From the human T2T-CHM13v2.0 reference genome, Homo sapiens, in NCBI RefSeq assembly GCF_009914755.1, contig NC_060928.1: a stretch of DNA of 64,000 bases; one strand, 5' to 3'. Position numbers and translations under genes: made by a program. Shown in pieces: positions 38,321-53,190 of the stretch; position 1 is the first letter of the stretch, and each line of letters starts with the position of its first letter. The notes below the pieces were generated by a model. That model worked only from the letters and a program-made list of their open reading frames with translations. It was not told where the DNA came from and searched no databases.

Positions 38321-40529
38321 ACCAAAGGAACATGTTGAAAGTCTGAAGAAAGGGAAGAGCATTGTTATTGGGCTGGTGAGGGAGTTTCAAAAGACAAAGC
38401 TGACTTTGACCTAGCTTCCTCTTATAAGGAATTACAGGAGAAATTTCTTTCAGGTCTTAATAGCAAGAAAGACTGAATTTTCACTGAAAAATAGGTCTGT
38501 TTTTAGGCTTATGGATTCTGTGAGTGATATATATCAAGGTATTTTTGTTTGCTTTGGCTGCTAGGAAGCTTAGAGCCAATTTTGTTACCTATTTCCAGCA
38601 ACTGAATTATATTTTAATGTACTAACCTTGCACTGGATTTCAAATATTTTCCTAACCTTAATTTCCTTTTATTACTTTTTCTACATTTATTTACATGGTA
38701 ATAACGTTGTATTATACCCCTTTAAAATGAGATTTGGTGTAAAAATCAATGCTTAAATGAATAATGGCTACTGATGCCGAAATTAATCTATGACAAACTT
38801 TATATAGCGTTGATGCTTTAAAATGGATGTGGGCATTCTTAACTTATCTTCTGTTGAAGATCCTCTCCAGAAATTATTTAATATAAATACCTGGGGCGAG
38901 GTGGATCATATGCCTGTTAGAGTTAAGATTCCAGCCAGAAACAGAACCGTACATAAGATGACCAAAATCTCTACCACCATGCTTTGAATTTTGAGATATT
39001 ATCATAAAAAATATTTAAACCTCGTAAAAATTTTGGCCAAGATAAATTGATTTTAAGTAACTTCTTTACCCTTCATGCTTTAGTCTCATGTCACCAACTC
39101 ATCTGCTGCCAATGAATCTGTTACACATCGGTTGATCTAATTGGGAAAGCCATATTGATATTAAGTTTGAGTTATGATGGAATAAAAGTTGTTATATTAT
39201 CTCAAGGGAAAAATTTTTTAAAAGTTAATGTCCAACTACTCTCTGTCACCCCCTTTTGGGCCCAAAATGAAAAGAATAATTTAAACGCTTATGTTCACCC
39301 TAACCAAATAATCACAATGTGCTCTGACTGTATGATTCTATAATTGAGTTACTTTTAAGAAATACAATAAAATATATTATGCGGTATTGTTTTTGTATTT
39401 TACTATATTAAGCCATTCCAGGTAGTGACTGAACAACACATTTTTGGAGACTCTTTCATTTATTTTCTCCAGCTTAATAGTTATGTAGCAAAGCTTTTGG
39501 AATATTTTATATTATTGTCTGCTTTTGGCACTTTACCCAGTAATTGTTTACTAAAACCACGCCTAGTAATTCTATTTGGGTTAAAATATCCAGCAAATAT
39601 TAATGTGCTCCTAAAGAAGATGTTAATGCTCATTTAAGCTATTATGGCAAGGAGTGGCAAATTACTAAAGATCTATAATCATGGTCAAATTTACAGTTTG
39701 TTTGAAGGTCAATAAGAATTTGGACAGACCTTCTGAATATGAAATACACATCACCATGGTGATAACTGAAAAATTGCTTGTAATTATAAAAGTCTTCAAA
39801 ATTAAAAAATAGATATTCAAGTATAGTGGGTTCATAAGTGTATCCTAGTGCACACATTTCACTCTTGGGGTCTCTGGGACATTAGGCAGGCCATCAGAGT
39901 CCTATGTGCTTAAAGTCCCTATAGGCATCCTGGGAAAATACTGAAGAAATGGCGCTAGAAATATGTACTCAAACTTATTCTCAAACAAAGAGAACTGGCC
40001 TCTGCCCCCACCAATGATGAAGAATCTTGGAGGTTTAAGGAACTCACAAGTGTATAAGACAGTTACACATGTACTCCTTTCTGAGGTTGGTTTTTGGTCT
40101 ATGGGGAAAGAACTTAATGCAACCATGAAACAGGGACTGGCCAGTTCTTTTAGAACATATCTCAAAGTGGAAGGCTGTGAAAACTGAGATGATTAACATT
40201 TTGAGAGCAACTATAGATGTGTTCACTGGTTTGAGTGTCATGAGCAGGTCAGCCTATTATCATAGCCTGATTCCTCATAAAGAGGTTACTTACCTCCCCA
40301 CTAGTGTTATCTCTCATGATTTCCTGGTTTAAAATTTTCAAGTAAGCCATTGTCTTACCATTCATAGAATGCTTCTTGCCCTACTCTGCCTATAGAATTA
40401 CTCCCAGAAACTCAGGAATGGGAGAACCTGGAGGTGAGGGTTTGGGATTAGAGCAGTGACAAAGATTGATGACGGTGACAGCAAACATTGATTGAGAGGC
40501 AATGGTAGTGTTGCTTTGTTGTCACTATG

Positions 40530-40735
40530 TGCACAGACCCGGGAGCCAGACTGCTGTGGCTTTGAGTCCTGGCCCTGACACTTACAACTTTGGGCAAATT
40601 ATTTATCTCTGTTTCCTCATTTATAAAACTGGGATAATAATACTGCCTGACTCCAAGGGTTGTTAATATTTGTAAAGCACCTAGAACAATACCTGGAATA
40701 TAGTCAGTACTCTGTACTTGCTTGTTAAATAATTG
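40530..40735 (+). mobile_element. MIR
   Basis: GGAGCCAGACTG...GTTTCCTCATTTATAAAACTGGGATAATAATA. Confidence 0.8.
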
Positions 40736-41489
40736 GAGTAGGTAACACATGCTCTTTGGCTATAGAAAGGTAGAAAGCATTAAATAATATTCTACCAGCT
40801 ATAGCAACAGTGATTTAAAGACAGAAGAGACAAGAAGGTACAAGAACAAATTAGCAGTGGGAGTCCTCAAACATGAAGTATTGGGGCTTATATTACAGTG
40901 GCAGCTTTAGAAAGGAAAAGATTTGCTAGGCCTTGTGAGAAAAACAATAGGCAAAAATATGATGATAGATTGGTTTAGGAGGAAGAAGCTGGAAAGAAAC
41001 TTCTAAATTTATAATCTTGAGGGATTGTAAAGATGATGGTACTGTTGACAACAATGGAGAAATTTGGAAAGAGATGCCTGTTTCTGCAGGAAAGACAGGA
41101 AACTTAGGCTGTGTCAATATGGAAGCAACAAATTGGCCATGAGAGCTGAGCTCACTATGGCCTGTGCATTTGACAGATGGGCTGCAGCTGAATCAATCGT
41201 GATGCTTTGTGAGGATATCAGAGGTGTCTGAGATGTCCCGTGCCATGGTCTAATGGTTTTGCCACCAATGAACACACCACCATTTAGTTTGGGTTTGTTA
41301 TTGGGGTTCTGCTTCATCCTACCGGCATGTCATGTGTGAATAATCTTGGAGAACAAAATGATATATTGAGCTCTCATACATATACATCTCCAAAGTTTAA
41401 ATCAATATGTACTTTCATAAGAAAATAGAACTTGGCTGAAAAACATGATGGTTTTATTTTGATTTGTATCATCTAATATCATGAGATAA

Positions 41490-41636
41490 TAACTTTAGCC
41501 AACATTTATATAGTGATTGCCAGGGATTATTATAAGCCCTTTATGCAGGCTAACTCACTTAATCATCACAACAACCCTATGTGGTAGGTAATATTATCAT
41601 CTTCATATTAAGGTAGAGAAAATTGAGACACTGAGG
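41490..41636 (-). mobile_element. MIR
   Basis: TTAATCATCACAACAACCCTATGTGGTAGGTA...GAAAATTGAGACAC. Confidence 0.75.
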
Positions 41637-41639
41637 AGA

Positions 41640-42194
41640 CTAGCGGTCTCAGGCTGGATTCAACAGGCTTCTGAGACAAAGAATTGTGTGCAAATGATTT
41701 ATTAAGGAAATCCTCCTTAATAAAGGTGCATTTTAATAAAGGGGTGAGGACGGGACCAGTATAGGAGAGGGGAGAACAGAAAAGAGAAGAGGAAGAAGGC
41801 AAGTAAGGAAGCAATGGTGACAAAGTCTTGCAGAAGGGAGTGTCAGTCTAATCCTGCAGGGGAGCTGTAATGTGTAAGTTATACCTCAAAGTCACCCCAT
41901 TCCAAAGTAGGAGAGCTAAGCTTTCATGCCTGAAAGTCATTAGTTAAGAGTTGTCTGCCCCAGGAGGATGTACCTTTGGCTTTTTGCACCTATTGGCAAA
42001 TTGGCTCCAGTTGGTCTAAAGCAATTCTCCAAAGAAGGGCTGCAGATACTGCCTTTTGGATGCAAAAGCACAGTGAAGGTGGAGGATGGATGGGGGAGAC
42101 ATTGCTCAAGAAGGGTAAGGAGGAGACAGACTCTTGCAGAGGATGACACTGTTGGCCTCACCAAAGCTTCAGGGTCCCAGCAATATCTGTCACA
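41640..42194 (-). mobile_element. Old ERVL-type LTR (LTR33/41/67-like; subfamily uncertain)
   Basis: CTGAGACAAAGAATTGTGTGCAAATGATTTATT and terminus CAATATCTGTCACA. Confidence 0.55.
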
Positions 42195-42392
42195 TAGTTC
42201 TAGGGGATCAATCAACCAGACTGATTTTTTTTGTTGTTGTTTTAATTTTTCAGTTTGACTCATCTTCATACATGCAGATGGATCTAAGATGTGTAAATCC
42301 ATGTGTGTACACACACATAGACATAAGCACATACATGCGATACATATGCACTGAGAAAATGCAGAGCTGATGCAGCCCAGATGTTATTTGTC

Positions 42393-42698
42393 AGATATCA
42401 CAAACTGGTATGAGTTGAATGCAGCCTACAGCCATTCTTGATTTGGCCCTTTCGGAGTTCTTAGAAAGTTGAATTAATAGCCAATATTTTAAAAGTTGGG
42501 AGATGTCAATCAAAACTCCAGATTCCTGACTTCTCCCCACATTCATGCCTCACATAATTTGCTGGAAGTGAGTAGCAGATGATGCCTCTTGGAACAGGGC
42601 ATGTGCTGCCCAGTTTGCCACATTCTTTATGGCCCCTGCTTATCATTCAGACATCATCACTCTACTTGGCTTCTGTGAACATTTAAACTCACAACTCT
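42393..42698. mobile_element. MER102-like hAT element
   Basis: TTGAATTAATAGCCAATATTTTAAAAGTTGGGAGAT...GCTGGAAGTGAGTAGCAG...GGGCATGTGCT..CCAGTTTGCCACA. Confidence 0.65.
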
Positions 42699-43150
42699 TA
42701 TTATATGCAATTTCTTGAGCATTTCCATTCTCATTTGTTTCTCGAGACCGACAACTCATGCCAGATAGTCATAACTTCTTTCTCATTTCTATTTCTAGGT
42801 TTTGTGCTAGGTTTTGATACACTTTGAGGGAAAGTATACTATTAGGTTAATTCTGTCAATGTAGACAGCAACCAAACCAGGTGGCTGTTTAAGCTAGAAT
42901 GACCTGGGTTGGCTTCTACATTGATGAGACTAATGCAGCAATTGCCAAACTATTCCTTTGCTTATTATGCCAGGACTTCTATTGGCACAAAAGACAAATG
43001 TTAAGCATAGACAACATTTGTAGATGACAAATTCCAGTTGTTTACTGCTCAGATAAAGATGCCCTAATCAATCTCTCAGCAAGTTCTAATATGTTCATTT
43101 TCCATGTCAAAGGCTATGAAATAGATATGAAAATGAAATCCTGAGTTGGA

Positions 43151-43207
43151 TGGGAGTTTAAGTAAATTATAATTTTCTGGGAGTTTAAGTAAATTATAAT
43201 TTTCTGG
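43151..43207. repeat. Perfect 27-bp tandem duplication
   Basis: TGGGAGTTTAAGTAAATTATAATTTTC twice, followed by TGG. Confidence 0.97.
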
Positions 43208-43532
43208 TTAAGCAAATAATTATATTGTTTCAGCAAATCATCATTTCCCCTGTATTAAAGCCCTTTTTCTTTGCTTTTAGCATTCCAATGAAAGCATGTC
43301 TTAATGGGTCAAATATTAAAACTGAATGCCTGGAAATATCATAAGTTCTAAACACCTTCCATCGCAATCTCATATTAAATTTTCTGGAGTGTTCTTTTGA
43401 ACATTTTTTCTAACCAACTCAACATAAAATGATCAGATTTTTTAATGAGCTATTAAAAAATTTATTTTTCTTCAGGATGTTGAATGCTGACTACTGGTCA
43501 AGGAAGAGCAAATGTCTGTTCTCTTTGCTTGC

Positions 43533-43813
<281 letters not shown>

Positions 43814-43876
43814 TGCTTGCTTTTTAAGTTTTAGTTAAAGGAGCTGAGATTATATTTTTTAAAATATATGAAAGTA

Positions 43877-44083
43877 GACTAGGTGTGGTGACTCACACCT
43901 ATAATCACAACATTTGGGAGGCCAAGGTGGGAACATAATTTGAGCCCAGGAGTTTGAGACCAGCCTGAGCAACATGAGGAGACCCTGTCTCTACAAAAGA
44001 AAATTAGAAATTAGCCAGGCATGGTGGCAAGCACCTGTAGTCCTAGCTACTCAGGAGCCTGAAGTGGGAGGATCCCTTGAGTC
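43877..44083 (+). mobile_element. AluJ, 3'-truncated
   Basis: Left monomer plus the right monomer up to GGATCCCTTGAGTC. Confidence 0.9.
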
Positions 44084-44213
44084 ATTTGGTCTGGTCAGAA
44101 ATCTGAATTGGAACTGCAGTTATCCCTAAATAAATCCTTTGAAACCCAAATGAAAACAAACATTCTCTCCCATAAAGTTATCTTCACTCCTTAAATGCAA
44201 AAATAGCTTTTTC

Positions 44214-44337
44214 GCTGGGCGTGGTGGCATGGCCCAGCTAGTCAAGAGGCTGAGGTGTGAGAATTGCTTGAACCCAGGAGTTTGAGGCCAGCCTGGGCAA
44301 TATAGCAAGCCTCATCTCTAAAAAACAAACAAAGAAA
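44214..44337 (+). mobile_element. FLAM-type Alu monomer
   Basis: Single monomer with an A-rich tail. Confidence 0.85.
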
Positions 44338-44546
44338 TCCCCCAAGATGCTGTCTCCCTGCAGTTATTCTTCTTGTAAATTATTCACTATTTGTTTGGAT
44401 TTATTTGAACTCCTGCTTTTTGTTTGTTTTCTGTTTTTGCTGTTAAATGGAAAAACTTAAAATCAGATGCTTGGTATCTGCTACCAGCATAAAATAGACT
44501 AAGGAGAAAATCCTAAGACACCCTTTTGGATGTTTGTTTTCTAAAA

Positions 44547-44644
44547 TCTATCTATCTATCATCTATCTATCTTTCCATCCATCCATCTCTCTGTATGTAG
44601 ACTTGTGTGTCGGGGGGGGGGAGGGGGGTGGGTGTTTGTGTGGG
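44547..44644. repeat. (TCTA)n/(TCCA)n followed by a G-run cluster
   Basis: Directly visible. Confidence 0.85.
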
Positions 44645-44984
44645 TGTTTTTTTATTTGTTCAAAAAAGAAGGAAAAGGATATCAGGGACTCTGCAATGCT
44701 TTCCTAGTTGGAGTTCTTCCCTTTTGTATTTACTTCCAACTACCATTTTTGCTAGGGAACTTGATATTCCTAATTCGTGGTTTCATAGGCCAGTGTAGCA
44801 TAAATCCAGAGAGACATTCAACTCTAATTTCTATGGGGTTAAGCTAAGACCCTGCCCCTTTCTCCTTCCCTTCTCCCAAATGAGGAGGATGTCCACATTT
44901 ACCTTTGGAGGAGTCTTTCAGTGTCCTCTGAAGCTGGGAAGGCAGAACTGTGGGTGGAGAGGGGAGATTTGCAGGGAATCAAGG

Positions 44985-45180
44985 TCTGAGATCATAGAAG
45001 ACTTGTTTTTGTCCTGATTCTGCCCTCAGTGGGCATGTCATCTTAGGAAAGTCACTAAACCTCTTTCTCTAAGCCTCTGTTTTCCCCTCTGTGAAATGAG
45101 ATTGATAATAATGTTTCTGTTTTGCTTGCAGGGTTACTGTAGAGAGAATGAAGGAAGATGTTATATAAGAAAGCCCTTTG
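44985..45180 (+). mobile_element. MIR
   Basis: GGAAAGTCACTAAAC...GCCTCTGTTTTCCCCTCTGTGAAATGAG. Confidence 0.7.
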
Positions 45181-46336
45181 TTAAAGGACTTACTTGCTAT
45201 GGTTTCCCTTGACCAATAACGATACATACATAGTTGACTTTTTAGGACATGTAATAAAAGACAGTAGGGTATCGCATTTCATAGATGATCATTATGCCTT
45301 TCTGCACTAGATGTCAGTAGAGCTCTATGATTCAAAAGGCTCCACTACCTGACCAGGAATAATCTGTTCTTGGAAAATTTTCCAAAGCAAACTCATTGTG
45401 TTTTTGCTTATTTTGCATTTCTTACCTAATGGCCATGAATTTGTGTGTCCTCGCCCTGCACCCACCCTCATCCACCCAACTAGAATTCCTCTTTCAGCAC
45501 AATTTTCTGCTGTGTTGGAGCTTCTCTTTCTTCATTTTCTAGGGAAATTTCTACAAAAATCATTCTTTTTCAAGAGTTTGTTTAGACAATGTGAAAGCCA
45601 AAACAGAAAGTCCGAAGGCTATAGGGCAAACTCACAAAACAATTTAGAAGAGTTATTGCAGATGGATTTAGTGCTTTTAAAATTAAAGGTCGCTTAAAAA
45701 AAAAACTGTCTGCATTCATGTTTTTTTCACCATCCTGTTGTTGTTGCCATATTTTAGTTTTCCAGCTATGATTTATAATTTAAAAATAGAGCTGAAATAC
45801 AAGAGTGGTGCTTTCCTTTACCCAGAAATGCTTAGCAGAAGAACCCTCTGTTTTTCAAAATGCTGACTTGTCTCTATAGAGAAGAAAAATAAATCTCTGA
45901 GAACCATAGCTCTTTTTGCTTCTTGGAAATAGCTAAAAAGTTCAAGCTAAAGCCTGGCTTTGGACCCATGTCCATCCTTTGGGGACAGTTATGTTCTTTC
46001 CAAAAAGTGCAAATTTACTTATGAAGCAGGTCCATGTTTTAACTGGCTTATTCGATCACAGCAGAATTCACTAATTTAATTGCTTCTTTGACTTTCAACG
46101 TGAAAATCATTTACCAGCATAAAAATTTTAAAAAGTGCAAGTTGTTGTTAGGATTTTTATCTAAGAATGAAAGGAACTTAAAGTGTCCAGTGTCTGAGAT
46201 TTTCCAAGATGATCTCTGTTTTACATTCAAACATAGGGATTTAAAAGTTAAATTGCTTTGAAGTGAGACTGAACACCTGATTTATTTTCAAATGCCACTT
46301 TAAAAAAATCATTGACATCTATTTACATAAGGCTAT

Positions 46337-46788
46337 TGCCAATTTAAAGAAAGACACAGAGGCAAAATTAATATAGAGTTGATTTGGGCCAAGGATGATG
46401 ACTTACCCTGGGAAACACTGGGAATTGCTTCAAAGAACAAAGGAGAGACTCAAGTTTTCAAAGAAAAAAGGACAAATCAGGAGAAGGGTTGATTACAAAA
46501 CTTGTTTTTTAGGAATTCTCATTGGTTTACAGAAATAACATTGACTCCTGATTGGCTATACATTGTTGAACTATAGGGTGTGAATTATGATGTCCAGCAC
46601 ATAACATTGTTGGGTTAATTTATGGCTACTCAGTGGCGACGCTCAGTCTAGAGCCCATATAGCAGGGAGATTACTTAGCTCCAGGGTGAGGAGTGAGATG
46701 TGACTGCTGTCACATTTCATTGCCCCTCTGGGCCTGATCATTTAAAGGGGCTCACATTCTTTAAATAAAAAGTTTCTTTTATTTCTCA
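46337..46788 (-). mobile_element. ERV1 (MER4-group) solo LTR, subfamily uncertain
   Basis: Minus strand starts TGAGAAATAAAAGAAACTTTTTAT...CCCCTTTAAATGATCAGGCCCAGAG; CCAAT boxes; TG..CA ends. Confidence 0.7.
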
Positions 46789-46849
46789 CTTTTCAACAGT
46801 TTTATGTTACACTCTGTGCAAATTATTGTTTTTTGAATGAAAATGAGTT

Positions 46850-48130
46850 AATCATTTTTATTGAGCATCTATTATGAGATAGGTACTGTGCTAGAAGTTG
46901 AAGATAAATAATGAGCAAACCTAGCTGTCTTGGAGCCTACAGTCTAGTGGGGAACAAAAATATAATCCAGTAACCACAGAAACAAATGAAAAATTGCAAA
47001 TCTAAGCTCCCTCATCTTTGTTTCTGCTTATTTATTTTTAAGTACTTATCACCCTCTGACATTTATATTTATTTGTTTTTTTTATTGCCTGTTTCCCATC
47101 GTAGAATGTCAGCCTCATAAAAGGAGAGATTTTGTTCTGTTCAACAATGTTTCCTGAGTACCCAGAACAGCATCTGACACAGGTGCTCCATAAATATTAG
47201 TTGAACGAAGGCATTAATAAGAAGTACTCAGTGTTATGAGATCCTAGACTAGAAGAAGTTGATCACATCAGCGAGGTTAAGAAAGGCTTAACTGCAGAAG
47301 GGATGCTTGAGTTGAGAAGTCAGCATTGACCAGGCTGAGAAGGGAGAGAAGACCATTCAAGGCAACATGGGCAAAGACCTCATGGCAAGGGGGAGCATGA
47401 AAAAGATAAGAAACAGAAAGAAGGCTTGAGAGGCAGAAGAATAGAGACTGAGCAAAACAGGATTGCAAAGTGAAATAGGAAAGGAAGGGAGGGGCTAGAC
47501 CTTGCAGATTCTCATAGGCAGAATTAAGAAGTTATCCTTATTCTAAAAACAATGAAAAGTCATTTGAGTTTTTTAAGCGGGGATGAGGGGTGGAAGGTGA
47601 TGACTTAATTAGATTTGAAAAGATTACTCTGACTTCAGTGTGGTGAATGGACTGGAGGGTGGTCCAGAGTGGAGGTTGCAAGCCTGGCTAAAAGGCAGTG
47701 GTTGAATTGAGTGATGGGAGTAGTTTGAACTTGAGTGCTGGTGGTGAGGATTGGAATAGGTGGATGCAGAAGTCGATGAGTCCATAGCAATTTAAGAGGT
47801 AAAACCAATTAGACTAGGTGAAGTGTTGGATAAAGAGTGAGAGAGAAGGAGGTATTAAGGTTGAGCTGAAGTTTAGGGCTTGGACAATGTGGGATGGTGG
47901 TGCCATTCAATGAAATAGGAAACCCTGGAAAAATATGAGGTTTGGCAGGAAACATGATGAGCTCAGTCTTAGTTCAGTTTAGATAGGTTTCTTTGGGGCA
48001 TCCAAGAGGATATATTAAGTTGAAGATGGTCTGAAGCTTGGAAAGCCTGGGCTGGGGCTACAAATACACGATCATTCCACAGATAGTAATTGAAATCGTG
48101 GGTTAGAGACTAGACTGGAAAGTGGAGAGG
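46850..48130 (-). mobile_element. L2 fragments (with a + strand L2 3' end at about 47030-47210)
   Basis: TTATTGAGCATCT...GGAGCCTACAGTCTAGTGGGG...GATGGTGGTGCCATTCA...GGCTGGGGCTA. Confidence 0.7.
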
Positions 48131-48558
48131 ATTGTTTGATATAAAGATATCTGGTTTTAAAGAAAAGGATGAAAACGCAGAATGCAGACAGATAAAGCTC
48201 TGACGTAAGTGAGTAGGCCTGGGCTATCCATGCCCACAGCTGAAAAGCATTAAATGAGATTTGATGCTAACTTGGTAGAGCATTCAATGAGCCACAGAGA
48301 GCAACCTACTAGACCTATCGGACCTTTCTAGATTCAAGCATCCCTGAGAATCAACTTCCTCTTCCTCATGAGACAGAAGACAAAATCTCATGGTATTTTC
48401 ATCTTGATAAAGTACTTTTACCAAGCCCGTATTTTAAACATTATTTCTTTATAGTATGTGTATATATATTAAAAAATAGACCCACTGTTGTATTTAATCA
48501 TCTATTAATTTTTCTTTCTTTTTTTTCTTTTTTTTCAGATTGTGATTTAGGTCTATTC

Positions 48559-49787
<1,229 letters not shown>

Positions 49788-49859
49788 TTATTTCTTGAGC
49801 ATTTAAATAAAAATCTTAAATAGGCAGTTGACCAGACACTTTAAAATTAACATTTATAA

Positions 49860-50105
49860 TCATAGCATACATTAATTGAGGGGTTACTATGAGCCAAGTA
49901 CAGTTCTAAGGGCTTTACAAGAATTACTTCTTTATTCCTGTGTAACCCTGGCAGGTAGTTAATATCATTCCCATTCGACAGATGAAGAAACCAGCACAGC
50001 AAGGTCAGGTAACTTGACCAAGGTCACACAGATAACAAGTGGTAGAGCCATGATCTGAACCCAAGAAGTCTCCTTTGGAAGCAATGTTATAACTACTGTG
50101 CCAGG
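49860..50105 (-). mobile_element. MIR
   Basis: ACAGATGAAGAAAC...GTAACTTGACCAAGGTCACACAG. Confidence 0.8.
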
Positions 50106-51034
50106 CTTTATCAAAAATTTACCATGTACATGTTTTGTTTTGCATTTTGGAGAAAACACAGAACCTTTAGTAAGTCTCTTATGAACCACTTGGTGGTTTG
50201 CAGATGCTGGTAAGCATTAAAAATCTATTTAGGCCTGCAACCTGGTACCTGACTCAAATTCCCCTTGGATTGTCTGGGATGAAACAGCCCAGAAAGGCCC
50301 TGGATCCATTGTGGCTTGTGGAATAATACGTGATACCTTGACTGAGTTTTAATATAATGTTTTGGGGCCTGTTAGTCATAGTCGAGAGATCATTTTCTTG
50401 ACTCAAAACAGGGGTGTGTCCAGACATGAGGGCACAGGAAAAACATTTAGTAAAATTCCCCTTAAAAAATGAAGGTGGAAGATTTGATGGTTTATGTCAC
50501 TTGGCCAAACTTTGGAGTAGATGTTGCAGCCAATGTTTAAATAACACCTCCAATCCTAACAACCAAAAGGGCAGCGACCCTTTTTCTGATACCACTACTC
50601 TCAGGTGTTGATCTGTAGCCCTCCTCTGGGCACGATGGTGACATCATGCACTCTCGGGAGGCACAGGAAACCCACTGATCCTGCTCCTTTTCTCTGTGAT
50701 TTTTCCTTTGGTTCCTGTTTCCTGCCACACTCCCTCCCCTTCATCACAGCTCTCAAATCCTGCCACGTCTGCTCACTCCTCCAGCCGCAGTATTTGGCAA
50801 GGAAACGAAAATGGAAATTAATTTGAATTTTGATTCAGCATTAAGGACTTCATTTCTGATTTCTGGTCACTCATCATCTGATGAATGGTAGGAAGAGAAG
50901 ACAGAAGAGTTTCTGAACAGTAGGCTAAATTTTGAGAGCAACCAGGATGACCTAAAGATTCTGTAATTCATTCCTAAATTTGTTCTAGAGCCTTCCCAAT
51001 TCAGTAAAAATAAAAACTTTTAAAATGATAATAA

Positions 51035-51820
51035 AGGTTAATATTGATCGAGTGCTTACTGAATGCTAGGAACACCTGAATGTTTAATAAGTATTATGTC
51101 TTTTAGTCTTCACAATATCCCTAGGAGGTAGGTAACATGGTCTACCCTCCACCTCCTTCTTTTTCAGTTGAGGAAATGAATGCAGGGACAGGTTAAATAA
51201 TTTGTCCAAGTTCATGAGGCTAGTTAATGTTGTCAAAAGACAAAATTACAACAAATGTAGTGTAAATATCTCAATTGGCTTTACTTGCAATTCTAGAATC
51301 AGGCAACATTTCATGCCACAACATAGAATAAGTGTTCCTTCCAATGAACTGGGCTAATGGGGTTGACATCAGGGCTGAAGAAAATGGAAGTAAAGAGCAA
51401 AGAGTGTATCAGTTCTTTCAAAGCTACTTTGCTTGCAAGTGGGGAAGAGGAAGACAGAACAATAGAAAAATAACTGATTAGTTAATATCAGGTTACTTTA
51501 GGCCACCTAAAATGTGTAAGGATTAAAGCAGAGAGAACATCACTGCCATGCAGACTGAAGATTTTAAACTGGCCTGTTTGAGAAATTGGCTGTTATTTCT
51601 CCTCATAGCATTAGATAACAACTTACTTTCTTTTTGGCGATGTGGAATCTCACCATGGGTGACTCCATTTTTATTTTTAGTCTTGTCTGTTGGGGCCTCT
51701 TGCAGGAGTTTAGTCCAAAACAATGGCATTCTATAATTTTTATGTGACAATATCTAAGCCACAATTTGCACACATGAATTTACACAATTCACACTTCAGA
51801 GTCTGGCCTCCTGACCACTA
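51035..51820 (-). mobile_element. MIR split by an LTR
   Basis: MIR core at 51035-51230 resumes after 51750 (..CTGACCACTATG). Confidence 0.65.
51231..51749 (-). mobile_element. ERV1 solo LTR (MER67/MER31-family)
   Basis: Minus strand start ...AAAATTATAGAATGCCATTGTTTTGGACTAAACTCCTGCA..GGCCCCAACAGAC; + strand edge TGTCAAAAGACAAAATTAC. Confidence 0.8.
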
Positions 51821-51930
51821 TGAGTGTTCACTTACAAACATGTGGACCTGAAAAGACACAATTCACCCTCTTCTCACAAACCCTAGGGAGGAAGGAGTTG
51901 GTCAGAACATATGGCGCACCCAGTGGGCCT

Positions 51931-52289
51931 TGTCCTAGTCCACTTGGGCTGCTGTAACAAAGTAGCATAGACGGGGTGGCTTATAAGCAACAGACATTTA
52001 TTTCTCAGTTTTGGAGGCTGGAAGTTCAAGATGAGGGTCCCAGCATGGTCTGGTTGGGTGAGGACCCTCTTTCAGGTTGCAGACTGCCAACTCTTTGTTG
52101 TATCCTTGCCTGGTGGAAAGAGAGAGCTCCCTGGGGCCTCTTTAATGAGGGCACTAATCCCATTCATGAGGGCTGCACCCTCATGACCTAATCACCTCCT
52201 AAAGGCCTTACCTCCTACTACCACGACATTGATGGTTAGGATTTCAACATAGGAGTCTTGGGGGAACACAAACATTTGGATCATTGCAG
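51931..52289 (-). mobile_element. MaLR LTR (MLT1A-like)
   Basis: GGGCTGCTGTAACAAA...GGCACTAATCCCATTCATGAGGG...CACAAACATT. Confidence 0.88.
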
Positions 52290-52424
52290 ATCTGAAGTGC
52301 ACAATAAGAAATAACTAAGAGTAGGGGGCAGGATAGAGGGAACAAAGGAACCAACACTTCTTGGAAGAAATAGTGGGCAGTGCTGACTCTACTGCAGGTG
52401 AGGTAGAATGGTCACATTTTGGGA

Positions 52425-53190
52425 TAGTTTGCCTAAATTTCACAAAGTTTAATTGAGTGAAGAATGATTCACGGGCAGCTCCCAGAACCAGAATATGCTC
52501 AGACAGACTGCAGCACTATCTTTTGGTGGGAGTGGATTTATGGATGGAGAAAGCAAAGTGACTTACAGAAATCAGAAGTGATGGGCAGAAACAGCTGAAT
52601 TGTTTACAGTTCAGCCTTTGCTTTATTTGAACACAATTTGAACAGTTGGCCACCTGTGATTGGCCAAAACTCTGGGATTGACACAAGAGTAGGTTACAGT
52701 CTGTTTATATATCCAGTTAGGTTACATATCCAGTCTGTTTACACATCCACTAAAAATATGTAAGGAAGCAGCCCTAGGCTATAAACTTGATTGAGCAATT
52801 CCCCTCTTTTGGTCAACCTCTCAATTTTGAGGTTGACCAAAACTTTAGGCATCATCTCCATCATAAGTGGACTTGTTTGGTCTCAAATCTCATTGGGAAA
52901 TAAAACAGTGGGTTTTGTAAAGCAGGAATAAGAAAACAGAACAAGAGAAAAAAATGATTACTTCTGGTTACTTTTTTGTAAGGGTTAGAGCAGAGGAAAC
53001 TTTATTATGAAATTATCTGTCTTCAGGAGACAAATAAACAACTTGTCTGTGTTGAGATCTATCTGCTTCCTTAAAGTTTCAGTTTGACTATGTTGCATTT
53101 AGCATGAGTGGCTGCATTTTGATTTGGTCTGTTAGGGCCCAGTACAGGAGCTCAGTCCAGAACAGTGGCCTCCCATAATTTTGTTTAACA
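52425..53190 (-). mobile_element. Composite ERV1 element: MER93-like LTR part + short internal/PPT + MER57-like LTR
   Basis: Minus strand: TGTTAAACAAAATTATGGGAGGCC... then purine tract AAAAGAGGGGAAT at about 52798-52810, then a second LTR. Confidence 0.65.

Noticed and set aside
48509-48556. Polypyrimidine-CAG followed by a possible 12-nt micro-exon
   Set aside because: The donor GTCTAT is very weak; the tract is equally explained as an A-tail remnant
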